Source: Octopus sinensis (taxonomy: Eukaryota). From it: a DNA stretch of 64,000 bases. The position numbers and the translations under genes were made by a program. The notes under the pieces were generated by a model. That model saw only the letters and a program-made list of their open reading frames with translations. It had not been told where the DNA came from and did no database searches. The stretch's first letter is position 1; each line of letters begins with the position of its first letter. Below are positions 1-11,244 of this stretch, one piece after another. The stretch spans positions 68,572,001-68,636,000 of the forward strand of contig NC_043005.1 of the NCBI RefSeq assembly GCF_006345805.1, read 5' to 3'.

Positions 1-517
1 ATGTATCGCAGAATCTGCATTTAGGTTCAGAACCGTTCTGAAGAACATTAGACCGGTAGGTTTTAATAAGCAAGGTTTGATCTCGAGTTGCTAATAAGAA
101 ACTTTCAGCCTCTGCTTTCAGTCCTGAGCTGAGTATATACTGTCCATGCAAAGGCTTATGGCTCAAGCGTTCTTCACTTTGTTTCTGTCCGTTCACTTTT
201 GCAATCTGTTTGATCCGTTTTGCTGTTTCGTGGCAGAGGTTTCGGGTTCTTCATCTAATCCAGGGTTAATGCCAAGTGCCGTTGCAAATTTGCAACCTTG
301 CTTGACAATAGAATGTGATTTATTTGCTGCTTTCGTGTTTGCACACAAACCGCGGCATCCAGGCCTCTGTACTAGACAAGAACTTGTTCATTGCTACTGT
401 GGAAGTCTTATAGCACAGTTCTACCTTCATCATTCCTCTTCTCCGTTGCTTCTAGGTTGGTACCGACGTCTGATTTTGGGTGGTGCATGTTCTTAGATGT
501 CATTAGTTTTCTTGTTA
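1..517 (-). mobile_element. 5'-truncated R4/Dong-clade (RLE-type) non-LTR retrotransposon fragment, C-terminal ORF region, running off the window start
   Basis: Manual minus-strand translation across frameshifts gives TRKLMTSKNMHHPKSDV, RGMMKVELCYKTSTV, KPLHGQY and SSGLKAEAESFLLATRDQTLLIKTYRSNVLQNGSEPKCRFCD. These match the post-RT region and start of the CCHC knuckle of R4/Dong elements. The 5' truncation abuts a (TAA)n tract at 520-558. Confidence 0.8.
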
Positions 518-558
518 TCATTATTATTATTATTGTTATTATTATTATTATTATTATT

Positions 559-990
559 GAGTGAGAGAGCAGTTCATGCCATCAAAGTGACACCGGGGTA
601 GAATATACCCTGTATACACATCATGACTACCCGTCTGATATGCTCGACATGGTGATCTCATATCAAGATAAACACCACATGACCTTGCAAGTGGGGCCCA
701 GTTAGAATTTTCTTCTGGTCAAGTAGCCCATCTCGCTCAAAAGGTCCCTGAATAAGGGTTGTTTAATGATGTTGAACGAACCACCCATGTTTCCAAAGGT
801 GAATTATCCAAACCCCAAAGAATCACTCTCAAAACATGCTCCCCCACTACTTCTACTCATGATCAGAGATGCTCATATCGTCAGCCACTAAGGGACATGG
901 TCAACTGGTTAAGGTTAGACATCTGACAAGCAAATATGTAGTATTGAGCAGAAAATTTGCTGTAGCCCATCTTTTATACCAAGACAAAAC
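559..990 (-). mobile_element. (TAA)n-anchored non-coding repeat, copy 1 (partial, internal deletion)
   Basis: Colinear with 34052-34610 and 32770-33185 (gagtgagagagcagttcatgccatcaaagtgacac...gctgtagcccatcttttataccaagacaaaa). Bounded by (ATT)n and (TTC)n. Confidence 0.85.
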
Positions 991-992
991 CA

Positions 993-1107
993 TTCTTCTT
1001 CTTCTTCTTCTTCTCCTTCTTCTTCTTCTTCTTCTTCTTCTTCTTCTTCTTCTTCTTCTTCTTTTTCTTCTTCTTCTTTTTCTTCTTCGTCTTCTTCTTC
1101 TTCTTCT

Positions 1108-1140
<33 letters not shown>

Positions 1141-1388
1141 ACGTCTTCTTCTTCCTCGTCCTCTTCTTCCACGTCTTCTTCTTCTTCGTCTTCTTCTTCG
1201 TCTTCTTCTTCTTCTTCTTCTTCGTCTTCTTCGTCTTCTTCTTTTTCTTCTTCTTCTTCTTCTTCTTCTTCTTCTTCGTCTTCTTCTTCTTCTTCTTCTT
1301 CTTCTTCGTCTTCTTCTTCTTCTTCTTCTTCTTCTCTTCTTCTTCGCCTTCTTCTTCTTCTTCTTCTTCTTCTTCTTCTCCTCCTCAT
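993..1388. repeat. (TTC)n/(GAA)n microsatellite with TCG/TCC interruptions
   Basis: Seen directly; it generates the poly-Leu, poly-Arg and poly-Glu ORFs. Confidence 0.98.
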
Positions 1389-1570
1389 TATAGTTGATGT
1401 TTTTTTTTGTTGTTGTTGTTATTTTTATTAAGTCGGCGAGCTGGGAGAATCGTTGTCTGAGATCAAATCCTACCCTCGACCATCTTGCCCTGCCTTTCAA
1501 AACTTTAGCAATCGACGACGAAAGGTTTATAATTAGTATCACACTTGATTTTTAACGAAACAAGACGTAC

Positions 1571-1693
1571 TTTCCCTTCTGTTTGTAAGTGTTCTTGGTG
1601 TTTATGCTGTCGGTTACATAAATAGATTGGAGAAACACAGCATTAAAAATTCCTTCATCATTTATGTGCCAAGACTTGTCCCGACTATGGTAG
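1571..1693 (-). CDS. Candidate 123-nt internal exon of an unknown host gene (YHSRDKSWHINDEGIFNAVFLQSIYVTDSINTKNTYKQKG)
   Basis: Pyrimidine-rich acceptor ...ctttgccgcctacttag, donor aaa|gtacgt, open phase 2-2 frame. No recognisable homology, and the opposite strand also has an open frame. Confidence 0.25.
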
Positions 1694-1844
1694 CTAAGTA
1701 GGCGGCAAAGTCGACAGAGGAGTAAGTAAGATTCAGGTAACTTTTGTTATGCGTTCGTTTATTAACGTAATCGTGGACGGACAAAGCAAAGTCACAACAG
1801 CTCTTTTGTCTTCAACACGAAGTGAATTTGAAAGAAATCAGTAT

Positions 1845-2154
1845 ATACCCCCCCACACACACACACGCGCATACACACACACACACACTCACACCCACAC
1901 CCACATACCCACTCCCACTCCCACAAATATATAAACATACATATATATATATACACATATATACATATATGAATATTTATGTAAATATGGGTATATGGAT
2001 ATATATATATATATATATATGTTTGTATATATCTCTATATACATATACTTATACATATATATATATGTGTGTATATATTTATAAACACATATACAAATGT
2101 AAATCTACATATTTATGTATGTGTAGCATATATGCATATATATATATATGTATA

Positions 2155-2191
<37 letters not shown>

Positions 2192-2260
2192 GTTTGTATA
2201 TATCTGTATATACATATACTTATACACACACACACACACACATAAATAAATAAATAAATA
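1845..2260. repeat. Composite (CA)n/(TA)n low-complexity tract
   Basis: Seen directly. Confidence 0.95.
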
Positions 2261-3032
2261 AAAATAGTTCATTGTTTATTACATGCAGTCGTAGTTTTCC
2301 GAATGTTATATGAATTTATTTGAGAAATAATGAAATATAGATATTAATAGGAAAAATTGAGAAAGAATAAGCGAATCAGATTCAATAAGTTATGAATATA
2401 TTTTTCATTTAAGCTATTGTATGTTTAATTTTCTTCTGCTCTTCTATTTTTGAAGTATTATTTTTCTTTTCACTGGCAGAACCAGCCAATCACAAATAAA
2501 TATTAGGAGGCCACATAGAAACTAAAAATGAAAATCTTGCCTAATTTCACGCAATATAAATTAGAAAATTAATTCAGTGGTGATTTGTAATGTTTCATAT
2601 GATTTATATTTGTTTTCCTATTCTTAATTATGTATTTTTTAATATAAGAAATAAATATATGCGGTACGATTACACATATACACAGAAAGATACATTTAAA
2701 CACACATATAAATATACACGTTTACGCACATGTACATATATTATCAAGGATCGCAGACACATACCTCGAGTGTGTGACAGCGAAACTCTAACTATGGATG
2801 GAATACCTCGACTGTTTTCCAATAACAAGCTCTACTTTATTTATGTGTGTGTGTGCGCGCGCGCGTGTGTGTATGTATGTGTGTGCACGTGTGAGAGAGA
2901 GGGTGAGAGGAAAAGTGAGAAATTGTGCGTGTGTGTATTCATATATATTTGCATACATGTAGACACACAAACATATGTTTGCATTATACATATTCATGTA
3001 TGTCGGAGTGTCTGCATCTATGTACGTGTGTA

Positions 3033-3111
<79 letters not shown>

Positions 3112-3168
3112 ATCTGTCTATATCTTTCTATATCTATCTGTCTATCTATCTATCTATCTATCTATCTA

Positions 3169-3213
<45 letters not shown>

Positions 3214-3290
3214 CTTTCTCTCTCTCTCTATTTATATATATATATATTTATGTATATATATAATATATATATATATGTATGTATATAGGT
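3033..3290. repeat. (TATC)n/(GATA)n microsatellite followed by (CT)n/(TA)n
   Basis: Seen directly; it produces the YLSI-repeat ORFs. Confidence 0.97.
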
Positions 3291-3466
3291 ATGATTGTTA
3301 TTCGCATGAATTTATTGTATGCCTTTCACTTCGAAGGAGAGAGGGAGATAGAGGAAGAGAGATATTAGTTGGAGTAAAACACGTACGTACGCACACATTC
3401 AAACACTAATATATACATACATATTGTATTTATTGTCTGTGATTGTAAGTGTAACTTTTTGATGCT

Positions 3467-3507
<41 letters not shown>

Positions 3508-3514
3508 TATATAT

Positions 3515-3552
<38 letters not shown>

Positions 3553-4344
3553 TGTCTTTGTGTAAAACCTTATACATAAAAAAACACACACATACACGCA
3601 CACAGACAGAAACACACGCACTTCTATATATGTATTTATATGAATATGTACATATACACACATCAACTTTATTTACGTATATACAATATCAATCATAAAA
3701 ATTACAGACTCGTGTTAGTTGTGAGCCAATTCGTGATAAATAGAAAAATAACATAGGCTGTAGATTGTAACAATAATGACATATGTACGTAAAATTAAAA
3801 CTGAAAATTATTGAGAACAAAATGGCAACAAAATGGGAGAAATGAAGAGAGTAAATCATATAATAACATTAAAAGTATATGAACTATAAGGACACGGTGT
3901 ATGTTATTGCTGTGCTACTGTTAGTGTGGCGTAAACATTATTCAAAATGTTATAACCTAATGATTTCTCGAGACAGAACAGTTAATGTGGTCTTCTTAAT
4001 TCTAGTGCCTCCAAATTAGGTGATAGGACTTTCTATACTATTTACTTATGAAATGCCTAACTGATGGCGGTGGTAAACTTGTGCAAGGGAATCTTGTTTT
4101 ACTGCTTTTACATACTAGACAACTGAGTCATTCGAGATCATAGATATCAGGAATAGCCGTTTATAATGTACTCCAGTCATGATGTTGGTGGTGTTGAGAC
4201 CTTTTTGAATGAGAATACCTATGGTTAGATTCACTGCAGCCGTAATAATTCTATCTTCTCTCCCGACATAATAGAGGCTAGCGAACGAAAAATTAGCCCA
4301 GTTTACGTAGCATTGTGTAAATACAGAAATAAATTTACAGGTGC

Positions 4345-4992
4345 TGGGCTGGGTGCAGCTCACTATCAGCAATGCTATTCAGAAGTCATGTATAGTAATT
4401 TATTCGCTTGCTCTTGTCCCCCACTTATAATTGCTGTACACATGTGAAATGATACGCCTTCAAGATTAAACTTTTTAACACCCGTTGGCATGGCCTGCTT
4501 ATGTGAGATTGCTGCGATAATTTACGTGTTGACATCTTTGAATTTTGAGAAATACTCGATAACTGGATTCGAACTGTAGGTTCTCTATGTTTGGGGTGGT
4601 TGTGCACTGACCCTGTTTTGCTCCACATCTTCACCAACGTTTCGAACGTTCTCTTTGCCGGTAAGTCTTTACAGGGAAACTTGACTTTAAAAATTTCGCG
4701 AGTATGCTTCACGGGACCTGTTCTTATATACGCTTCCTCAGTGAGTATTGAGTACGTCAACCTAGAGAAAAGGCTAGAGATGTTCACTGAGTGCGATCAT
4801 ACAATCAACTAATGTGGTGAAGATGCTGTGAGGATAAAGTAGCCAACGGTCGACTAGTGAACCAGTTACAAGCAGTGAAAATAACTTAATGACTCTTACT
4901 AACGAAAGTGCTTTTTTCATGTGTGTAAACTTATTTCTGCATTTACACTATGGTACAGAACTCAGACAAGTCTTTCTTCTTCCACCCTATAT
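4345..4992 (-). mobile_element. Tc1/mariner-superfamily transposon, 5' fragment (N-terminal HTH of DUF4817-like type)
   Basis: ORF 4425-4787 reads EAYIRTGPVKHTREIFKVKFP...TFETLVKMWSKTGSV...STRKLSQQSHISR...YHFTCVQQL and continues through stops as VGDKSKRINYYT*LLNSIADSELHP. A TIR-like end ccaccctata lies at about 4982-4992. Confidence 0.75.
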
Positions 4993-5490
4993 ATTCAAAA
5001 CCATATTGTTTTCCTTTTCATTCCAGACGGCCTTTCACCAACGAAGTTTGGTTGCTATTTCTAGGACGTCAACCAATTACATGAAAGCTCTATCATCAGC
5101 TCACCACATTAGTCCGTTTCCTATAGATCTCGGAATGACGCATGATAAACTGGAATTAGGTGTTCTGATATTTTGCCACCCAGTAGCTGTAGTAACTATT
5201 TACCTGCATGTTCATCTAAGGGGTTTAAATTGTCAAGAATTAAGCTATTATTATGTTGATTTTGTTTAGCTGAAGAGGAGCGGACTTATAGTCAAAAGCT
5301 TGCCATTTATAACAATCTCTCCCATTTCCCGTGTTTTTTATAACTGTTCTCTACGCTCTTTAATACATCATCATGTATTAAAGGCACTGAGGTCTTTGAT
5401 GTTGATTAAATACAACCAAACTTGAACATTTCGTCTTTTATGAGTATGTAAGAGTTCAGTACACAGTGTATCTCTTGATTTAATAATAAT

Positions 5491-5699
5491 CCTTTCTATT
5501 AAAGGCACAAGGCCTGAAAGTTGAGGGGAGGGGGCTAATCGATTACATTGACGCCAGTGTTGCACTAGTACTTAATTCATCGACCCCGAAAGGATGAAAG
5601 GCAAAGTCGACCTCGGTGGAATCTGAACTCAGAACATCAAGGCGGACGAAATGCTGCTAAGAATTTCGCCCGGCGTGCAAATGATTCTGCCAGCTCACC
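5491..5699 (-). mobile_element. SINE family A (tRNA-like head ggcggcgagctggcagaa; core gtcgactttgcctttcatcctttcggggtcgat)
   Basis: More than 15 colinear copies in the window. The core resembles, from recall, the Deu/Nin-type conserved SINE domain. Confidence 0.85.
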
Positions 5700-7316
5700 A
5701 AATTCTCTTGATTAAATAATAATATGATCAAATAGACCAACCAATGTTTATTCTTTTAACTATTTATTCAAAACTTATAAAGAGATAATTTTACAAAAAA
5801 CAAAAAAACAAATCAGAACTTCTCCTTAACATCACTCCAAGAACCGGTTTTGCTGTGAAACTAGTTGGTGTAATGTGATTATAGGACCTCGAAGCTTTGA
5901 AGTAGAGAAATTTCTTTGCTTTATAGGTACTGTTCTGTTACTGTTCTGGACGTTAATACTAATTATTTACTTTGATGTTGTTGCATGTTATAATAAAGCA
6001 GGTTTTGGCGTAATGGTCATACTATGATGATGTCTTAATCTTGTTGGTTATCTTCGATTCCCACGCGACGCTTATGTTTTTAACGCTGTTGACACCGCCG
6101 AGTTGAATAGTACTCCCCAAGTGGCGAAATCATAGTGATATCTGTTTGGCAGCTGAGGGGAAATACATATTTGTTATGCTTGTTTGTTAATTTCTATGTC
6201 TTTGTCTCGTTATTCTCAGTTGCCTTTTACTCTAATAAAGTGGAATGTGTTTGTGGATTCATGGCTTTTGGAGATTACTTACATTGATATTGGTTATTTT
6301 CCTTCATAGATAATGTTTCTAAGTCTACATAATGATTATTATCTACTTCTGGGAGATTCTGTAGCAATTATTCTATTCTAAATATGTAATGAATTCTTAG
6401 TTTGGATATGGCTATTATAACACTTTCATTTACTATACCATATAAAGACAAATAAAAGGACGTTTTACCGAAAATACAAACTATAAGGGAAAGAAAACAC
6501 AAACCATAAGGCAAAAGTATTATTTTCTTTTGGTTACTCTACTAGCTAGTTCCCACATTATATACTTTTACTCCATACTTAATATGAGACTAACCCATTT
6601 TCCATTACACGCAACTGCTTAACGTTTAATCAGTTTAAAATCAAGAGTTTTCCTATTTGCTTTTCTTGAGGAAACTGCCATTAGCACTAAACTGCCTGCC
6701 TTCTTAATACATAAAGGAAAAAAAATATTTTTGGCTCATCACATGTTTTCCTGCACTTAGTTATTTATTTTTGGTGCAGAGGGTATCCTGAGAAATATTT
6801 GGTGGGATATGATACACATGTGAGGATTGAAATACCAGAATATATGATAGCAATTAGAATATATACATAGTTAGTGATAATTTCATTGCTAACCCCGAGC
6901 AATGTCTTTTATATCTCACCACACCTCCTCCTTCTCCACCTTCATCACACCTCCTTCTACTCCTTCACCACGCCGCCTACACCTTCGCGTTCACCAGCAC
7001 CAGTACCACCACGACCACTCCCCCCCCACCACCAACAACAACAACAACAAAAGCAAAACTTCTCCTCTCCTCCCTCTCCTCCCCCTCCTCTTCCCCCTCT
7101 TCCTTCTTTTATCAGATGCTGTTGATGTGATAGTCATCAATTTTAAACAATGTCGACAAAATATTCAGAATAAACTCAATGTAGATTGAATGGGAAGGAG
7201 TGAATGTAATATTATTCAGTGGGCGCTGCCTCCTCTGCATGGATCATAGTTCCATTCTGCCTCTTCCTCCTCCTGTCCCTTCTTGTTCCTCTTCCTCCTC
7301 CTCTTCTACATAGTCT

Positions 7317-7371
<55 letters not shown>
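7317..7371. repeat. (ACT)n microsatellite
   Basis: Seen directly. Confidence 0.97.
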
Positions 7372-7372
<1 letters not shown>

Positions 7373-8089
7373 ATCGCATTCATATCATCAACATTGCTGT
7401 TATTTGAATTTCAACTGAAAAACTAACAAAACCTAAGTTCTGGGAGTATCACGATTGGTTTCAAGGAATCGAATAGAAAAAGAAAATTTCAGAAAAAAAA
7501 AAAAGAAAAAAAAAAACAACAATCAAGCAAAAATACCGAATACCTAGAAAAAAAATCATTCACCTGTAAAAATGCAATCCTTTATTTTTATGCACGAATG
7601 CGCATAAATAAATTGCAAACGCCCGCACTATATTTTTATGCCCTTGCAGTCTCGTTTCGTATTTTCTTGTGTCATTTTTTGTCAATTTCTGTCACTACTT
7701 TTCTAATGTATACAGGCATAAATTCAAGCCGTCTTTCTGCTGCTACGCATTGTCGTTAATCTTAATGATACACTTCAATAGAGTGGAAGTTACATATCAC
7801 AGGCCTTTTATTAGGCACGAAGACCTTGCAAGGAGAAACGTTAATTCATTAATTAAAATTAGTTAATGAGTTAGTTAGCTATGGATAGTCAGCATGTAAA
7901 ACGTATTTATCATGAAGCTTTTGTTGTTACGAAACATTATGTTGCTCCCGAGGAAATATGCTCAAAAGAATTCTGCCAATGAGCAGTGGATCTTTGTCTT
8001 AAATTACCCTATATCTACATCATATAATGTAACCATTCTTGTTTATAGTGATACTGGAGAAGCTTTCAATGCTATTTAAAATGTTTGAC

Positions 8090-8510
8090 TGACAACGTAG
8101 TTTAGTGATTCCCAACGTGGGGCGTACGCCTCTCCGATGGCGTCTGGAAATGTTGTAATGTGGTGCAGGATCAAGCTTTTGCCTTTTTTTGTTTAGAGGG
8201 CGATGGAATTGTGAAAATCTTTGCACAGCGAACGTAATACACCTATACCCGTCGTAGCTAAACCAATCTCTCCAGTCAAACATACTGTGTGAAGATTGTT
8301 TGCTACTGTATTGCGCTATTCTAATGTCCTTTAAAGAATGCATATAACTATGAAATATTTAAAATAATGCTGTATTTCTAACCACCGGTGGGGTATACAT
8401 TTTTTGTGGAAAGTTATAGTCGGGCCGAGAGGAAAGTAGGTTGGAAAACGTTGGCGTAGACGCTCTCACGTGACCTCGACGCCTGGAAGATTTAATTGGT
8501 CTGGCGTTAA
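8090..8510. promoter_or_regulatory. CpG-enriched patch with E-box TCACGTGA; possible promoter or first exon
   Basis: Many CpGs in an otherwise AT-rich context; ctctcacgtgacctcg at about 8465-8480; no match to the SINE families seen here. Confidence 0.35.
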
Positions 8511-10234
8511 CCTGAGATATTAATAAAGCATTATAATCATAAATGTTAGTATATAATTATTGAGTAAAAAATTAAATAGAAAAATGGAATATGAGCGATA
8601 ACCTATAAATTACAATAGAAATAAAGTATCTTAAGTATCCTCCATGTTCAATTTTACTTGGGAAGTTCTGAAGGTTCATCGACTTTTATGTTTTGAACAA
8701 ACACTTTAAGGATTTGAAAATGTGAATACACATACACGTATGTACACCCACACACCCACACATACACACAAATTCACACAAAACACATATAATATTTTCT
8801 TCATAGCAACTACTAAGTTCGCCAGTAGTGATCTTGTCAGCCGTCGAGGCATTTTACTGCCTTGACTTCGAAGTTACTATCAACAAAATTAGTTAAAACA
8901 TTTGTCATTATACTTGCTTTGAGTACATTCTTCTGATTATATTTTTAAAAATCACTCTTTGTGAATGGTATGTGTGTATATACACACTCTCATTCACTCA
9001 AGTGCTCACACGAACACACACACACACATGCGTATATACACTTAGATATATCACGTACATGTGAGAGAGAGAGAGAGTGAAAGAGTGTATAAGTGACTGA
9101 CAAAGCTTAAGATATGTTATATTTAATGTCTCAGCATAAATGGCAATTCAATTATCTGCGCTGCTAGCGCAAATATACATAAAAATACGAAACCTTTATC
9201 ATGCATTTTGCCATGTGATACATGAAAATATATACTATTAAGAAAAAGTTCTCCATGACACGAAAACTTAATTTAATATATTCGATACCCATTGACTCGC
9301 ATGCAACTCTGAAATGAGTGGTTATTAGTTATGTAACATGACGTACAAAATAAGATTTCACCGTTTGATGTTAATGCTAGATAGGAAAAATATAGAAAAA
9401 CGAAAATAATTAAATGTGAGCACTCTAATTTATTAGGTTTTCGAAAATATATTATCAAGATGCAGAATATTGTATTTTTGTATAAAAAAAAACCCATACA
9501 AGTTATCTCTTTTCCATTGCCATATTCATACTCTATATATTTCAGGCATTTCATTATATATTCAGTACATAATTTTTGCTTTCCTTTTCGCTTGTACTTA
9601 AGTACGAAGACATTATTAATAATATTCACTATACAGTAAAGCGCTCTAATCACCATAGTCCTTATACGCTGAAATATGCAAAAATACCACCATGATATAG
9701 CTATTATATATTTGCTATTCACTTGAAAATTATACCTGGCATGTATCTTACAAGTGACGAAATATTCCATCAAAAATTTGCGATAGAAAGTCCTCTTTAT
9801 AGATAATAACAACTAGAGCGCAGAAAATGAATTATAAATTCACTTTTCTGACGAGTAATTTTCTTCCCAACACCAAATGAAGCTCCCTCAAACTTTTGAA
9901 GAAGGAAGCGTCTACGTGATAGCTGAAGTATAAATTAAATCAAATTCATAAATATTTAACATCAAATTTATTTGCATTTTGAACCAACACCACCAGATTT
10001 ACCCATTCAGTTAGAGCTAAAATTATGGATAAAATTATCCACCATATATTCCTCTCAAACGTTATTGTTATCATGTAATATTTTGACTGGAAACTGCTGA
10101 GGATTCTTATAGTTTCTCCTGGAATAAGAGAGAAAGAGAGAGGGAGAGACAGGGAGAGAGAGAGGGAAGAGAGGCATAGAGAGATTACACTGAGATGAGA
10201 CAGAGTGTGAATATTCTTTTAAAGAGGAGAGATT

Positions 10235-10622
10235 TTCTACTCTAGGCACAAGGACTGAAATTTGCGGGGAGGGGCTTGGGTTTCCAGTACGCAACTGGTG
10301 CATAATTTATCGACTCCGAACGGACGAAAGTTAAAGTCGACCTCGGCGGAATTTGAACTACCTATTTGAAATACCTATTTCTTTACTACCCACAAGGGGC
10401 TAAACACAGAGAAGAGAAACAGGAACAGACAAACGGATTAAGTCGATTATATCAACCCCAGTCAGTAACTGGTACTTATTTAATCGACACCGAAAGGATG
10501 AAAGGCAAAGTCGACCTCGGCGGAATTTGAACTCAGAACGTAGCGGCAGACGAAATACCTATTTCTTTACTACCCACAAGGGGTTAAACACGGAGAGGAC
10601 AAACCAGGACAGACAAACGGAT
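10235..10622 (-). mobile_element. Tandem multimer of SINE family A (three partial or complete units)
   Basis: Core repeated at about 10330-10360 and 10500-10545, with units joined at aaatacctatttctttactacccac. Confidence 0.9.
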
Positions 10623-10835
10623 TGAGTTTGATCATATGATCATATATAACATCAAAATGCTACAAAAAAAAGTGGGAAACCAATTAGATGTAGGTAACCA
10701 AGTAGAATTTTAGCATTGTTAAGTCTGGATTTCATCGTCAAAGATCATAAAATTATTCTTTAATTAATCCCACCAACAATGATATTGGAGTTATTACTAA
10801 ACGCATTCATGATCTAATTCAAATATAAATATAAA

Positions 10836-11244
10836 GGCGCTGGAGTGGCTATGTGGTAAGTAGATTCCTTACCAAACACATGGTTCAGGATTCAAGTCCC
10901 ACTGCGTGGCACTTTGGGTAAGTCTTCTACTATAGCCTCGGGCCGACCAAAGCCTTGTAAGTGGATTTGGTAGACGGAAACTGAAAGAAGCCCGTCGTAT
11001 ATATGTATATATATTTTTGTATGTGTGTGTATATGTTTGTGTGTCTGTGTTTGTCCCCCACCCCACCAACATTGTTTGACAACCGATGCTGGTGTGTTTA
11101 CGTCCCCGTAACTTAGCGGTTCGGCAACAGAGACCGATAGAATAAGTACTAGGCTTATAAGGAATAAGTCCTGAGGTCGATTTGCTCGACTAAAGGCGGT
11201 GCTGCAGCATGGCTACAGTCAAATGACTAAAACAAGTAAAAGAG
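10836..11244 (+). mobile_element. SINE family B (tRNA-like head, ggcaccttgggcaag-type core, internal TA/TG microsatellite)
   Basis: Colinear with 15762-16169, 19895-20290, 39660-40019, 46093-46992, 60070-60485 and 61358-61600. Confidence 0.9.

Noticed and set aside
869-1542. Long poly-Arg, poly-Glu and poly-Leu ORFs
   Set aside because: They are translations of a (TTC)n microsatellite that lacks stops in every frame.
1822-3700. YI-, HT- and YLSI-repeat ORFs (also at 29.5, 42.5, 46.2, 47.2, 52.8 and 59 kb)
   Set aside because: They derive from (TA)n, (CA)n, (TATC)n and (TATG)n repeats.
5880-6450. Minus-strand exon after tttcccctcag or a PLE N-terminal remnant
   Set aside because: All frames stop early without a donor, and no diagnostic motif was found.
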